Of a stretch of DNA of 64,000 nucleotides, positions 52,500-64,000 are shown one piece after another. Numbering within the stretch: the stretch's first letter is position 1; each line of letters starts with the position of its first letter. The position numbers and the translations under genes are program-made. Source of the stretch: Antedon mediterranea (lineage: Eukaryota; Animalia; Echinodermata); the NCBI RefSeq assembly GCF_964355755.1, contig NC_092673.1:12682948-12746947 (forward strand), read 5' to 3'. Below the pieces are notes generated by a model. It was not told where the DNA came from, did not search any database, and saw only the letters and a program-made list of their open reading frames with translations.

Positions 52500-53100
52500 G
52501 TATTAGAAAGGGTTGGAGAGGGAATAGGGTCACTGTGTCCAAAGCCACCAGGAAGCACCTACTGTATTACCAGCGCAAATGCATAGAACGCAAGTGTACC
52601 ACATGTGGAACAGAAATGCTGAAAATGCATATGGAAAAGTTGACTGAATGTACTAAATCAATCAAATGGAAAAAATGGGAACGTGTAACACTAGAAGAAA
52701 ATGGAAAAGTGATTAAAGTATATGATAAAGAACAAACTACAATTGCAGAATGCATTAAAGAATTGGCTCAGGAAAGTCAAAGCATTAGTGCGCACCTCCA
52801 CAATGCAGCTTGGCAGAACCAACAGTTTTCATACCTCACTAAGAACCTTCCCAAAGGGATGCGTTGCTATCGTTTTGGATTTCGCATAATAATAATAATA
52901 ATAGCATACAACAGGATGTATTGGGGCTGTAAAATGGAACCAGATTGAATTTCATCTTGATGCTGACAGACAGAGTGTGATGGTAATGACATCATCAATG
53001 AGTCGCTGGTTTTTATTTCAAATGACAAGAAACATGACCACCATGCTGTCCACGACTTTATGTCCAAAGCAGTGATGCATTTAAGAACCAAGTGTTTCAG
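52500..53100 (+). mobile_element. Sola2-like transposase relic
   Basis: CIERKCTTCG; WKKWE; HLHNAAWQNQQF..L.KNLPKG; DFA; ESLVFISNDKKHDHHAV. Confidence 0.6.
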
Positions 53101-53633
53101 AAATAAATCGGTTCAATGCTCAACAATTAACAAACAATTGTATTCAAATAACCTGATGTTTAACTGAGGATGTTGTAGTGAAGAATATTTACACATATAA
53201 TATCCTGCATGCATTTACAGTATATTTTAAATAAATTGAATGATTTTGTTACTAAAATGATATAGAATCTTGTTCATGCCCAAATATTTAGAAAATCGGC
53301 AATGTTTGCAGCCATCTACTGTCTAAATAAAATGGTTTGTTAAAAGAAAGTTCTGTAACCTTATGTTCTAGTGTAGCAGAAGCCTACACTGTGCTTATTT
53401 AATTATGTTATATAAATTTAAAAAATCAATATTCTCATTGGGTAAGGGAATGTTAAAGTTTTAACTTTGGTGTCCATGTTACACGTGTTGTTGTATACAA
53501 ATGGCATTTTGGTATGAATATTGCAAAAGGTGTGCCCTTATAGGTTTTAATTTTGGACACACTACAAATTGAATTGAAATTTTGACTCTTATGACTCACA
53601 AATTGTGTACCCAAGTTCATGGAAAGACCCATA

Positions 53634-54460
53634 TCATTCTTCACCTTTCCTGCACTTCTTGGGTTGTGTTACTTCATACTGAATCTCGGGTGATGTAAAT
53701 ACCAAATGTGACTTCATCATTGACATCAATTGATCCAGATTGCTTGTGATACCATAGGCAGCCCTTTTACGGCGATTAAATTCAGCATGGATAAGTTCAC
53801 CTCCCGGTTCCGCTAACAGACCAATGCCTACTTTCCACTCCCTCATAAATGGAATGGCATGGTTTTCCAGCATGTGGAGCTTTGGTTGTATGACCCCTTG
53901 TGCTATCCTTCTGTATTCTTTAGAGAACATGTGTAAATGATGAATGATGAATGAGGGTAGTGATGTAGTCGTTGCTTTAGTGTGATTTCAACTCCATCCA
54001 CAAGTTTGTCTATTACATTAAACTAAAACAAAAACAAAATGGTAACAGTTGGAGGAAAAATGACAAAATCAGCAAGAGTTGTCAAAACAATATAGATTAT
54101 CTGATAAAACTCCTAGAAAGTAGGAAGCCTTTTGCCAGTGGCAGTGGTACGTAATCGAAACTTAAAAACACAAGCACATCAGGAAAGATAAACATCACTG
54201 GCATATTCACATTCTTTTAATATCATTTATATAATAATCAAACTTGACTAATTCCATATAACGATCAAAGGCACATTGTATTTTGAAATTATTATTATTA
54301 ATCAATTTTCTATGACAATGTAAAACACTTACTTTACATGCTCTGTATACATGGTTTCCAACAAAACTCTTTCCGTGATATTGTTGGTGAGGAATTTTGT
54401 TTTTCTTTAGTATTTCATCCATTTGAGTAGCAAGAGGTCCAGTTCCAAATTTTATAGTAC
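53634..54460 (-). mobile_element. Chapaev/Transib/RAG1-related DDE transposase C-terminal relic (spliced)
   Basis: GPLATQMDEIL...QQYHGKSFVGNH (exon ~54460-54333, GTAAGT donor) and PKLHMLENH..F....GIGLLAEPGGELIHAEFN. Confidence 0.65.
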
Positions 54461-55043
54461 GCTATTAGGAAATATAAAATGTGTAGTAAAATCGTTTAAT
54501 TGAATTCATTTTAATTTAACTACATTTTATTTATATTTACCAAGCCTTTAACTTCTTGATCTTTTAGATTTATCTGGTGTCCAAGCTGTGAAAATGTCAT
54601 GTTCAACAAGTTGACGACAGTTGGTTGAGCATCAATGTCTGCATCCAAAGACTTAATTTTTTCTGCACAATAGTTTCGATTGGATGTGGCTTCAGCTACT
54701 TTTTAAAAATTCACCTGGAATAATGGATAATTTATTAAGTCAAGCATGTACACAATTTTACAAAGGCAGATGGCAACAGTAAAACATATTTCAATTTGTG
54801 GTTTTAAAAAAAAGCAATTCACCCTCAACTATTTGAATGGATGCATCCTGTCTCATATTAAAAATGGTGAGGTCCAGGATGAGGATGTATTATACGGAAA
54901 ACACTGCAAATCTAGTTTAAAATAATGTGTCATAAAACTAGGACAGACGTGTGTTTTATTGTCTTGAATTTCTATAATGTGCTTGGAAATAACATACATT
55001 TTTCTGTATAATCATTTATTTAAAAAAAAAAATTTTATTTCAG

Positions 55044-56320
55044 GTATAAACACTGTTCACCGGATGCTTAAGTGCCTGCACGAGGGAAGAAAAAATGCAT
55101 CGCGATATAAAGGCCATATTGATGCCAAAGTACCCAGAAAAGAAAACAGCCGTATGAAACCCAACGACAATGGTCATTTTTACAATGCAAGAGTTAAATA
55201 TGCCTTTCAATTTAGCACATTATACTTTATTCAATTGACAAGAAGAACAAAATATGCATTTTTTTCTTACTGCTTTTTTCGTCTTGTCCTGCTCAAATAT
55301 CCTTTTTTTTTTAGTGGCCAGACTCTGTATGACCTTAACTTTCTTCTTCTTTTTTTTGGGTCATCTTCTCAAATTATGTACCTTTGGCATGTTTTGCTTA
55401 TCATAATATAATATACAATTAAAATAACATTAAATTACCAAAGAAAAGATGACTTATTTCGCAATTAAATAGTTAGCTAATATAGGCCTTTCCAAACTTT
55501 TTACTGCTAGTGAAATCAGTTGTTCTCTAAAAATCATGTTTAGAAAACCTATACTGGAAATTGTTTTCTTCTCTTACAGGAACAGATGTACTTGCCGTCG
55601 ACAGAAGGACAAAGATTCGCCACTTCTTTCCGACAAACGACAGACCCAACTACTTAGACCACGACTTTCCTTCGCGAAATGGAAGTCTACTCACACCGTG
55701 TTGCTATTTAAAATTTACACTTCATGACCCACCTCAAGCGTCTTCAAATAAGCATGGGAGATTTAAACTCAGTGTTCAGCGAAATGGACCAACGCGCAAA
55801 TGGGTCCCAAAACCAAATGTGATGTTGCATCTCATGTAAATGACCTACCAATAATTAAAGAGGACACGCAAAACGGAAAGTCTATTGTGACAATAATTAC
55901 AGATGGGGATGTGTGTGTGTGAATGAACAACAGAATAAAATACATCTTGTGTACGACGCTGCTATGTCGCGATTACGTAATTACTGGGGTGGTTTAAGGT
56001 TTGTTGGTAATCAAATTCAAACTTCATTCATTGCTTCCGGTCAAGATGAAACTCCATATACGGTAGTGACTTTAAACACTGCTATGAGATAATGTCATCT
56101 AACAGTGGCAAAAAGTTTAAAGAAAGTGACATTGTTGATGAGGTAAGCTTCATGTTGAAACAAATTCACAGACAAAATTTACAGAATTTTATAAATGTAG
56201 TGAAGAAGATTGTAGCCATTTTACCACGTACCCAGTAATTGCGAAAGAAGCTATGGACAAAATACGAGTTAATGGAGGATTTCCATCGCCGATGCTCGAA
56301 GAAAATGGGGACAATTTCTA
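55044..56320 (+). mobile_element. Zator-like DDE transposase relic (intron-containing)
   Basis: ASRYKGHIDAKVPRKEN; AVDRRTKIRHFFPTNDRPNYLDHDFP..LLTP; later ITDG. Family call is from motif recall only. Confidence 0.45.
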
Positions 56321-57699
56321 CAGTTTACATGATGTTTTACAATTTGAATCTTGGGACACAACCGATGTTTGTTTGATTTGTCCTGCGTTTACGCTATTTA
56401 ACAATTCTGACGTCACTGCTTATTGCCCTGGACAACAAATATTGTAATGTAGTACGGTAGATACTCAAGTTCACTCAATTTTCTTTAATAAATAAATCGT
56501 AACAAATATAAATATTGATTTTTAAATTTATTTATTTTTTTCATTTCTGAATTATTAAAAGTGTTTGTTGAAAATAATTATTGAAATGTTTTACCAGTAC
56601 TACTTGGCATCTATAATATCTTGTGTGGTAAATTAGCAATGCATTAAACTTGAAGGACTTTCCAAAATAATCTGTTTAACAGTTAATAGAATAAAACTGT
56701 ATGACCGAGAAAATGAAATTTGGCAAAAATTAACACAGTTAAAATATTTTAAAATTTGAATTATTATATTCATAGACTACCTCGACGCACAATCAAAACA
56801 AATATTAAATTAAATGCATTTAATTAATCTAAAAATGTTATATACACACGGCCTCCGACAACAGCGGCGAAGAAAAAAATGCCGACCAGCACTCAGCAAA
56901 AAGCTGGTAACAACATCATTCCTGCATATATGGGGCTGGCACACACTTGAGTTGATCTAGCCTATAATGTGAACATTCTTCCAAGATGAAAAATGCTCGA
57001 AGCGTGGTAGAAATACAAACATGTTATTCAAACAAGTTCTCGATAATGTTGGAATGGACAGATAAGCCTTCATTAACAACTCGAAGGCCCGATTATTTTG
57101 AATCGGTATTTATTTATTATATGCCATCTAGAACCCTCTGTCAGAGTTACAGATCAAAGATATTTATTTTATTATAACTGTTACTGTACGTAGTGCACTT
57201 TATAGAATGTGTGAGTAATTAGTCAATCTATACTGTAATAATAATATTTATTAAAAAATTCTGTGTTTCATATAATTTTCTACGGTTCTTGAATGTTGAC
57301 GAAAGGCAGCTAGGCCTATACATCGTTTACATGATCTACAGCAGCAGTACGTAGGCATAATAAAACAAGCGACTTTTAACGCTAACATGCGTCTAACGAC
57401 TAAACAATTACGGTGGGCGGTACAATACTAAATGCATAATTTAATTAGCTCTTTTTACAAAAAAAATATCTCGATGTTTCTGTCAGGGGAAATAAATTAT
57501 CCGATATTATCACAATGGTCTGTGCACATGTTTATCGTAATACTCTACTGTAATATTAGTGTAAATTATCCCCGCAATGTATACCATTTTCAGAAAATAT
57601 GTGTATGCGATCATTTCTAGGAGGTGGTATAACTGTCGGACAATTTAATTCGTAGTTGGTTTAATTTATCGTAGAATTATTACAGATTTAAAAGTCAAT

Positions 57700-58215
57700 T
57701 TAACAACTTTGCCGAAGAAAGTTAATAAGCTTTAACGTATAAAGAGTGCAGCAACAATGATGAAAGACAGTGCAAGCTGTATCTGATTATGAATATTTTA
57801 AGTAAATTACTTAAAAATAAAAATTGCTATGCAACAAATTTATTACGTAATAATTGTATTGATGATGACACAAATGGTGAAATATCAGATATTGCCGGTT
57901 CGTCAGTTGATCCACCTTGATTTAAAAGGTTTCTTAAAAAGTTTCTTGAGGAACATGAAGCTGGTAGTATTGATAGTAAAAAGACAAAATTATTAAAAAC
58001 GTGTGTAGATCTGCAACAAGGGAAGAGAACCTGTAACTCGTGAAAGGACTTTATATAGAATATATTTGATAGGATAGGCAGACGTTCTTCTAGTACGCTA
58101 ACTCTGGCGTTCCTCAAGGCTGTGTTCTTTTTCCTGTTCTCTTCTCTCTGTACACAAATGACTAAAGTTGAAAGTAATAACGTTAGTATAGTTAAGTACG
58201 CAGATGATTCTGTTA
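57700..58215 (+). mobile_element. Highly decayed LINE RT fragment
   Basis: NSGVPQGCVLFPVLFSLYTND ... VKYADDS. Confidence 0.7.
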
Positions 58216-60054
58216 CACAACGACGATTTACACCGACGAGCGGTAACTGCAATAAAAATTTATTTTATTCCTATGACCATTTACATGCAACATGGAGCTG
58301 ACGGCGGATTCTGCCCAAGATAGATACAGATTCTACATGTGACAAGCTATGTGATTGGCCTTTACGGGTTTAATTCCACATAACTGTGAAGATGAGCATA
58401 GAAATAAAGTTGTTGTTATAATATTATTATTATGAGTGTTATTCTTAGTGTTTTAACTTTAAATTGTGTTGTCTGGTACAATAGCCCAAGTACTAATAAA
58501 AAGTAACTTGACCGTATAATGAAAACAGCAAGTAAAGTACTAGATTTGAACATGTCACTGTGACGTTAGTTATCCGCACGTGCACGTCATACGTTACAAT
58601 ATTGCGCACAGAAAAGATTATGCCATTATGACATGAAAAAAATCATACACATGAAAGAACTCTGTGTCATTAATGTTTTCCGGCTGGCATGTAGCTCAAT
58701 CTGAAGCCGGTATAAAAGTAAAGAAACTATACCTCACAAGTTGTAACGTCTATCGATTTGTAGTGTATGCATATTTCACAACATTCACTATACCTCACAA
58801 GTTGTAACGTCTATCGATTTGCAGTGTATGCATATTTCACAACATTCATATAATGAAATTTCATTATTGGAGTTAAAATATATTTATATTATAGGAATAT
58901 ACTGTCTGAATGTCCAGACTGTACTTTACAGTAAATAACAATTGCTGCAAATTGCTGTATAAAACAAATTGTAATGAATAAATTGATTGAATAAGTACTG
59001 TTTAATTGAATTCTGCTCTGTTCAAGAAGGCTGTGGCAGATTTATGCCGGAAACGTAACAAAAAATATATTAATTCACACCTTAATGGAGGAATAGAAGT
59101 GGTTGACAAAGAATTATTGATATTCCCAACAAGACTGAGGTACAGTATTAGCTTTAGAATATTTTACACATGGAACATAGTGTTGATAATTAATTGTAAA
59201 CCTACAGTACTTTCACAAAAGACTATCTGTTCCTTTTAATTTTATATATTCTCCACATTAAATTCACAAACATTTATTATATGTTAAATTGTATAGTTGG
59301 TTTAGCCTATAAAATTAATAAAAATAAAATACTGTATTTTTTTCAATTATATTATCTAGAGTGGTATCGTACGTTTAGCAACAAAGACAGACAAGTTCTG
59401 AAACAAATAGCAATGGCAAATTGTTATAAAACACATCCAGACCATTTTTCACTTTCTTGTGGTCTAAGTTTTACACACTACGTGCAGTGAATGCAGAAGA
59501 ATCTGACTTATGACAGTGTAAAAGAAGAACATTTATAAATTAGTTATATTTATCTCAATATAGCTATTTCTACCACATACTGTGTGTCTAACCCTGAATA
59601 TAGGCCTAAAACCTAGCCAGGTACGGTAGGCATAGATAGCTAGGGTGATTTATACATTATCTATTATGTGGCTTCTAGAAAATATAAATAAAACACTTTT
59701 GATGTTATTATTATATTGTTGTTATTACTCACCATGTATCATTACTATTCTAAAAGATGTATTGTCCCTTTTACAAACCGCTGCTAAAGTACCATGTAGA
59801 ATTACCACTAAGAACTACCACTAACCATAAGCCTAATAACCAACGTACTGTACATGTCGCCCTTGTAACAGAATGAACTGACGGATTCAGACAAATTCTT
59901 GAAGATACGGTAATAGTTATGCTATGTTAATGATATAATAAAGTTATTGGTATTTAGTAGGCCTACATATCGGCAAGATTAATTTGTTTCCTTCCCCAAT
60001 TGCATATGTGATGAAGGATACCAAATTACCAATTTAAGAGTGCAGGGATATGAT

Positions 60055-60378
60055 GTTTGTTTGTTATTTTGTTTGTTTTATCTTTATACTGGGTGACCTC
60101 TTCAGTCAAAGACTGATCTCCCAGAGGGCCCAGTTGGTGATCAGTGGCTGTGATGTACTAATACACCGGGGTAACCCCTACTCGTCTCGAAAGATGTACT
60201 AGGTTCTTTAAAGTGCACACGAGCAAGTTGTGTACACTGGACCTACGGTTTATAGTCCTTATCCGAGAAGACTCGTTCTACCACCAGAACCATAGAGTGA
60301 GTGAGCCTCGAACCCCTGCCGATGTTATGGCTATGTGATTACGGTTCCACTGTCTTAATCGCTCGGCCACTCACTCAC
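60055..60378 (-). mobile_element. tRNA-derived SINE with a Deu/Nin-like central domain
   Basis: On the minus strand: A box TGGCCGAGCGATT, B box GGTTCGAGGC, core TCGGATAAGGACTATAAACCGTAGGTCC...TAAAGAACC...TCGAGACGAGTAGGGG, LINE-like 3' stem-loop, (AAAC)n tail. Confidence 0.8.
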
Positions 60379-60664
60379 TCTGATGGGGCAGCAGCTATGT
60401 TCAGTAATTGAGTTGGTATTCAAGCACGAATTTGGTTGTATTGAAAGCATGTTCAGATTGTACTCTCATCATCTGATATCTGTTGAATGTAGTCGCTTCA
60501 CCGCAACTAATAATTTTTTAAAATTTTTTTATTTTGATGTAAAAACTAGTTAGAGCTCTACACATCTGGTAAATAAGACTGCTTTTATAAATCAAATGAC
60601 GTTTGTTGTGGGTATTTTGGCATATGTACACTGAAATGAACAAATAATACAAATTATATTTATA

Positions 60665-61160
60665 TTTTCATTCTGAATTTGTATTAAATATTGTAGAATT
60701 TGTGAAATAAAATTCAGTATTTAAAAGCATCAAAACACAAACCCTAAATTTTATAAACATTAACATTGTAGAAGATAAAAACATTCATCCATCATATGTT
60801 TGTCATACATGTTAATTGCATACAATTTAAAGCATACAAACAAACCACAAACACCTTCATAATGTTTGCCATTGTTACTTGTACAACAGTCTTTGCAAAC
60901 TGTTGAATTGCAATTTCGGTTGTGTGCAAAATATCTCAAATATGATGAATGCAGTCAACATAAATTCACAACAGTATCATGCTTTAACAAATGTAATTAG
61001 CACCATAAACCAGGATATTGTTGGTGATAGCAAACCGAACCTGTCCAACAATTTGCAAAAAAGGTGGTATATAAATCACTGAAACATACAAAGAGAAATT
61101 GAGTTGCCAACAAATTGATGAATAATGGGCAAATGAACCTAAATTTAGAAGAAAATATGT
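60665..61160 (+). pseudogene. Decayed RAG1-N-terminal / Chapa-domain-like zinc-finger sequence
   Basis: KYCRICE (~60686) and INIVEDKNIHPSYVCHTC (~60750-60812), compared with RAG1 LCRICG...DVDSIHPTEFCHNC; stops and frameshifts. Confidence 0.55.
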
Positions 61161-61217
61161 AAAAACCATATCTTGACATATTTTTGAAAACTGAATATCA
61201 ACATTATATAATGGGAG

Positions 61218-61335
61218 TTGTTATGATTTCGATCCAAGTCGGCCCTAAACCGTCTCGGCCAAAGTCAAGTCGGCCCAAAGTCAACTCGGCCTCACGTCAA
61301 CTCGGCCAAAAAATAATCGGTCAACTCGGCCCCGT
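61218..61335. repeat. Clustered GTCAACTCGGCC motifs, probably a DNA-transposon end
   Basis: Six to seven copies of TCGGCC spaced 14-25 bp apart; partner end not found. Confidence 0.5.
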
Positions 61336-63519
61336 TAAAGTATGGAACGCAAAAAGTGCAAAGGAAGGGGATTAATAAAATAATATTTCTTCACATTTTT
61401 TTACCTATGAATAATTCTGAATTTTAATGAATATTAATATTTAGACAATAATACATTTAGCAAAACAAATAAGAATGATTTCACCAACTTTTCTTTATTT
61501 ACGTTTAATAAAATTTCAAATTGCACAAATTGTTCAAATTGCGCATAACAAACAATTGATTATATAAGCATTCATACTAAATGATTACAATGAACATTTG
61601 GATAATAAATAGGAACAAATTGTAGGCCCAATAATGATGATGCACGTACGTGGGCGTGTATGTTCGTTCGTGCGTCAAAATTCAATAAACCTGTCCGATA
61701 TGAGAGGACTACATTTATTAGGTGTAATAAGATTGTTTGGTTGAATCACCACTAATTTTGAGCAATTGTATGTCAAATTTGAATTTCTTTTTGGACAAAT
61801 AAAAGTAACTATTTCTATTTGTTTTATTAATTGACATGATCTAAATACAGTATTAAACTTAAATTTAATCAATCCAATTTACCTATCAAAAGCGAACTCT
61901 AACTGTGATCTTATTGGCAACAAGTACTGTACCAATAGTTAGACTAGTTGGAAGGTAAAATGAGAGAATGACAATCAGAAATTGTAGGTGAATACTTTCA
62001 TGGTTCTTTGGAGGAATTTGTCATAAAAATTGATGCAGCAGAGAAAGGATTTTTGATATTTTCTACCTCTGTTGTGAGGCTGATCAATAATGAGCGGTTG
62101 ATATTTTAACACCCTCATGAGTAAATAACATGTTTCTTTTACATTACAACTATAAGTTTTTATTAAGGATGTATGAGCTCAATGGACCAAATGGTAAGAT
62201 ACAGTACCTTTATAATATGAATTCTTATTTATTGTATAGAAACTTTCATATAATTTTTTTATTAGGAAGGTATTGCTGTTTCTTTCGTCACCTTACCAAA
62301 CATCAAATATGTAGAGGGCGATGTCCCACTCAAACGAAGACTTTAAATTATTTTAACGTTATTTCATTTATTTCATTTCATTTATTTAATGTACTAAGAT
62401 GAATTGGTTAGGGACTGCTAAAGTAATATGATTACTGTAAATACAAGAGTCAGCAGTCCCATGATCTTAACTAAAATAAATATATAATTTTATAAACAAA
62501 CTAGAATTTAATTCGTCATTTTTATCATTTTACCGAAATTAATTATTTTTTTAAACATGCACGTACGTTAACATACGATCGGAAAATGTTGATGTATGCC
62601 ATCCTATTATACGCTTATAGTGCTGAGTTGTGCCTATTATATGCCATATACAATATGTACAGTATATACTGTATATCTATATACAGTGTAGCATAGGTGA
62701 AATTACGGGACACACATCATGTTCTAATTTTTATCAAAATAAACTTGACAACTCATGAGAAAGATAAATAAACAAGCACATACTGAAATTTTTGAGAAAT
62801 TCGAGCACAAATAACCGAGATGCGCTCTGTTGAATGTGATAAACTACACAAAAAGTTAAAAAATCCTAATTTTTAAATTCAAGTGGCCATTTGATGAGGT
62901 CACAACATTTTGTACGTCAAATATGTACATGAATTCATATCTACAATTCAATGGCTTCCCGAATAAGTTAAAAAAATTAGGGGTCATCTTGCATTCTGAA
63001 AAGTTATTTTCATTTTAAAAAAAGACCTATTTTTCACCATTTTCAGCACTTTGATACAATTAATGTGCGCAATTTGTAATTTTTAACCTGCTCGTATAGC
63101 GGTAATTTAAGTCATAACGGACTCAAATGTGCTGAATGTACTAAGGATGGTGGGTAACATGCGATTTGTACAAAAAATTCGTATTTTTTACGCTTTTTAA
63201 GTATCGTGAGCGCAAAAACGTGCCCGAAAAAACGTGCCCGTGCGTTTTTATTTGCTAATATTATTACCCTTGACCTGAAGTTTACGTGTAGTGAATTTCA
63301 TTAATATGTGATAATGAATTATGGAGATACGATTGATAATGTGATTTTACAAAATGGCGTATAAATGACGTCACGGATGAGTGATCACGCTGAAAAGCTT
63401 ATTAGGACTAAGTTAAAGTATTTGAAAGACATTGTGAAATTTTTGCGATCATTGCCATTCAAGTTTTTGAGATAATTGTTACACAAAAAGTGTACAGAAA
63501 GAAGAATATATTTTAATGC

Positions 63520-63646
63520 AAGTACAATAACAATAGGTGATCATTTTATTCTAAATGATCACCTAATAAGAATAAGAAGAAAGAAGAATAAAGATTTCAT
63601 ACAATAACAATAGGTGATCATTTTATTCTAAATGATCACCTAATAA
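63520..63646. repeat. Duplicated hairpin terminus of a Helitron-like repeat
   Basis: TACAATAACAATAGGTGATCATTT-TATTCT-AAATGATCACCTAATAA occurs twice. Confidence 0.7.
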
Positions 63647-64000
63647 AGTATAAAGCTGTGAACGTCTGGAACGTTAAGCTCCAAGGAATTGTCAAGAAGT
63701 GTAATTAGACAATGGTGCCTATTGACATTAATCGTGTAGGAAAATGAGGCACTCACAAAGATTTAAAGTATGGCACTGGTCCAATTGTTTGTGGTATGGA
63801 GGCCCTAAGAAAAAAATGTAACAAATTTTAAAAAACATAAAAATTGTTATTACAATGTATATAAAGGAAGTCATTTGTGAAATCTACTATAACCCTATGT
63901 TATACTGTCGGTATTCTTTCCTCAATTCGAACCCAACACAATAAGATTGTATATTTGGGTCACTGAGGTACTGAAGTATGAACTTTCACCTTACTTTGTT

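Noticed and set aside
53634-61160. A single intact ProtoRAG-like element spanning both RAG1-like relics
   Set aside because: Opposite orientations, heavy decay, no RAG2-like ORF and no RSS-like TIRs seen

Overview
AT-rich eukaryotic (animal) genomic DNA, dense in transposon debris. A marine invertebrate deuterostome such as an echinoderm is likely, but that is only inferred from the repeat content. The backbone is one long, intron-rich + strand gene that I assembled by hand from GT/AG sites and codon phase: 16 exons from 6883 to 47745 joining in frame without stops (~843 codons). It encodes a signal peptide, a V-type Ig domain, a transmembrane helix, a Cys-rich/basic segment, a TEYSNL tyrosine motif, micro-exons and then several more Ig domains, which therefore lie C-terminal to the TM. 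The last Ig exon is tandemly triplicated and the third copy is fused in frame to pogo transposase sequence. The introns and 3' flank hold a full-length PIF/Harbinger element whose two genes are interleaved on opposite strands, nested LINEs, pogo, hAT, Sola2-, Zator- and Chapaev/RAG1-like relics, MITEs, Helitron-like elements, a solo LTR, a Deu/Nin-domain SINE and several minisatellites. All family calls rest on recalled motifs; no searches were run.
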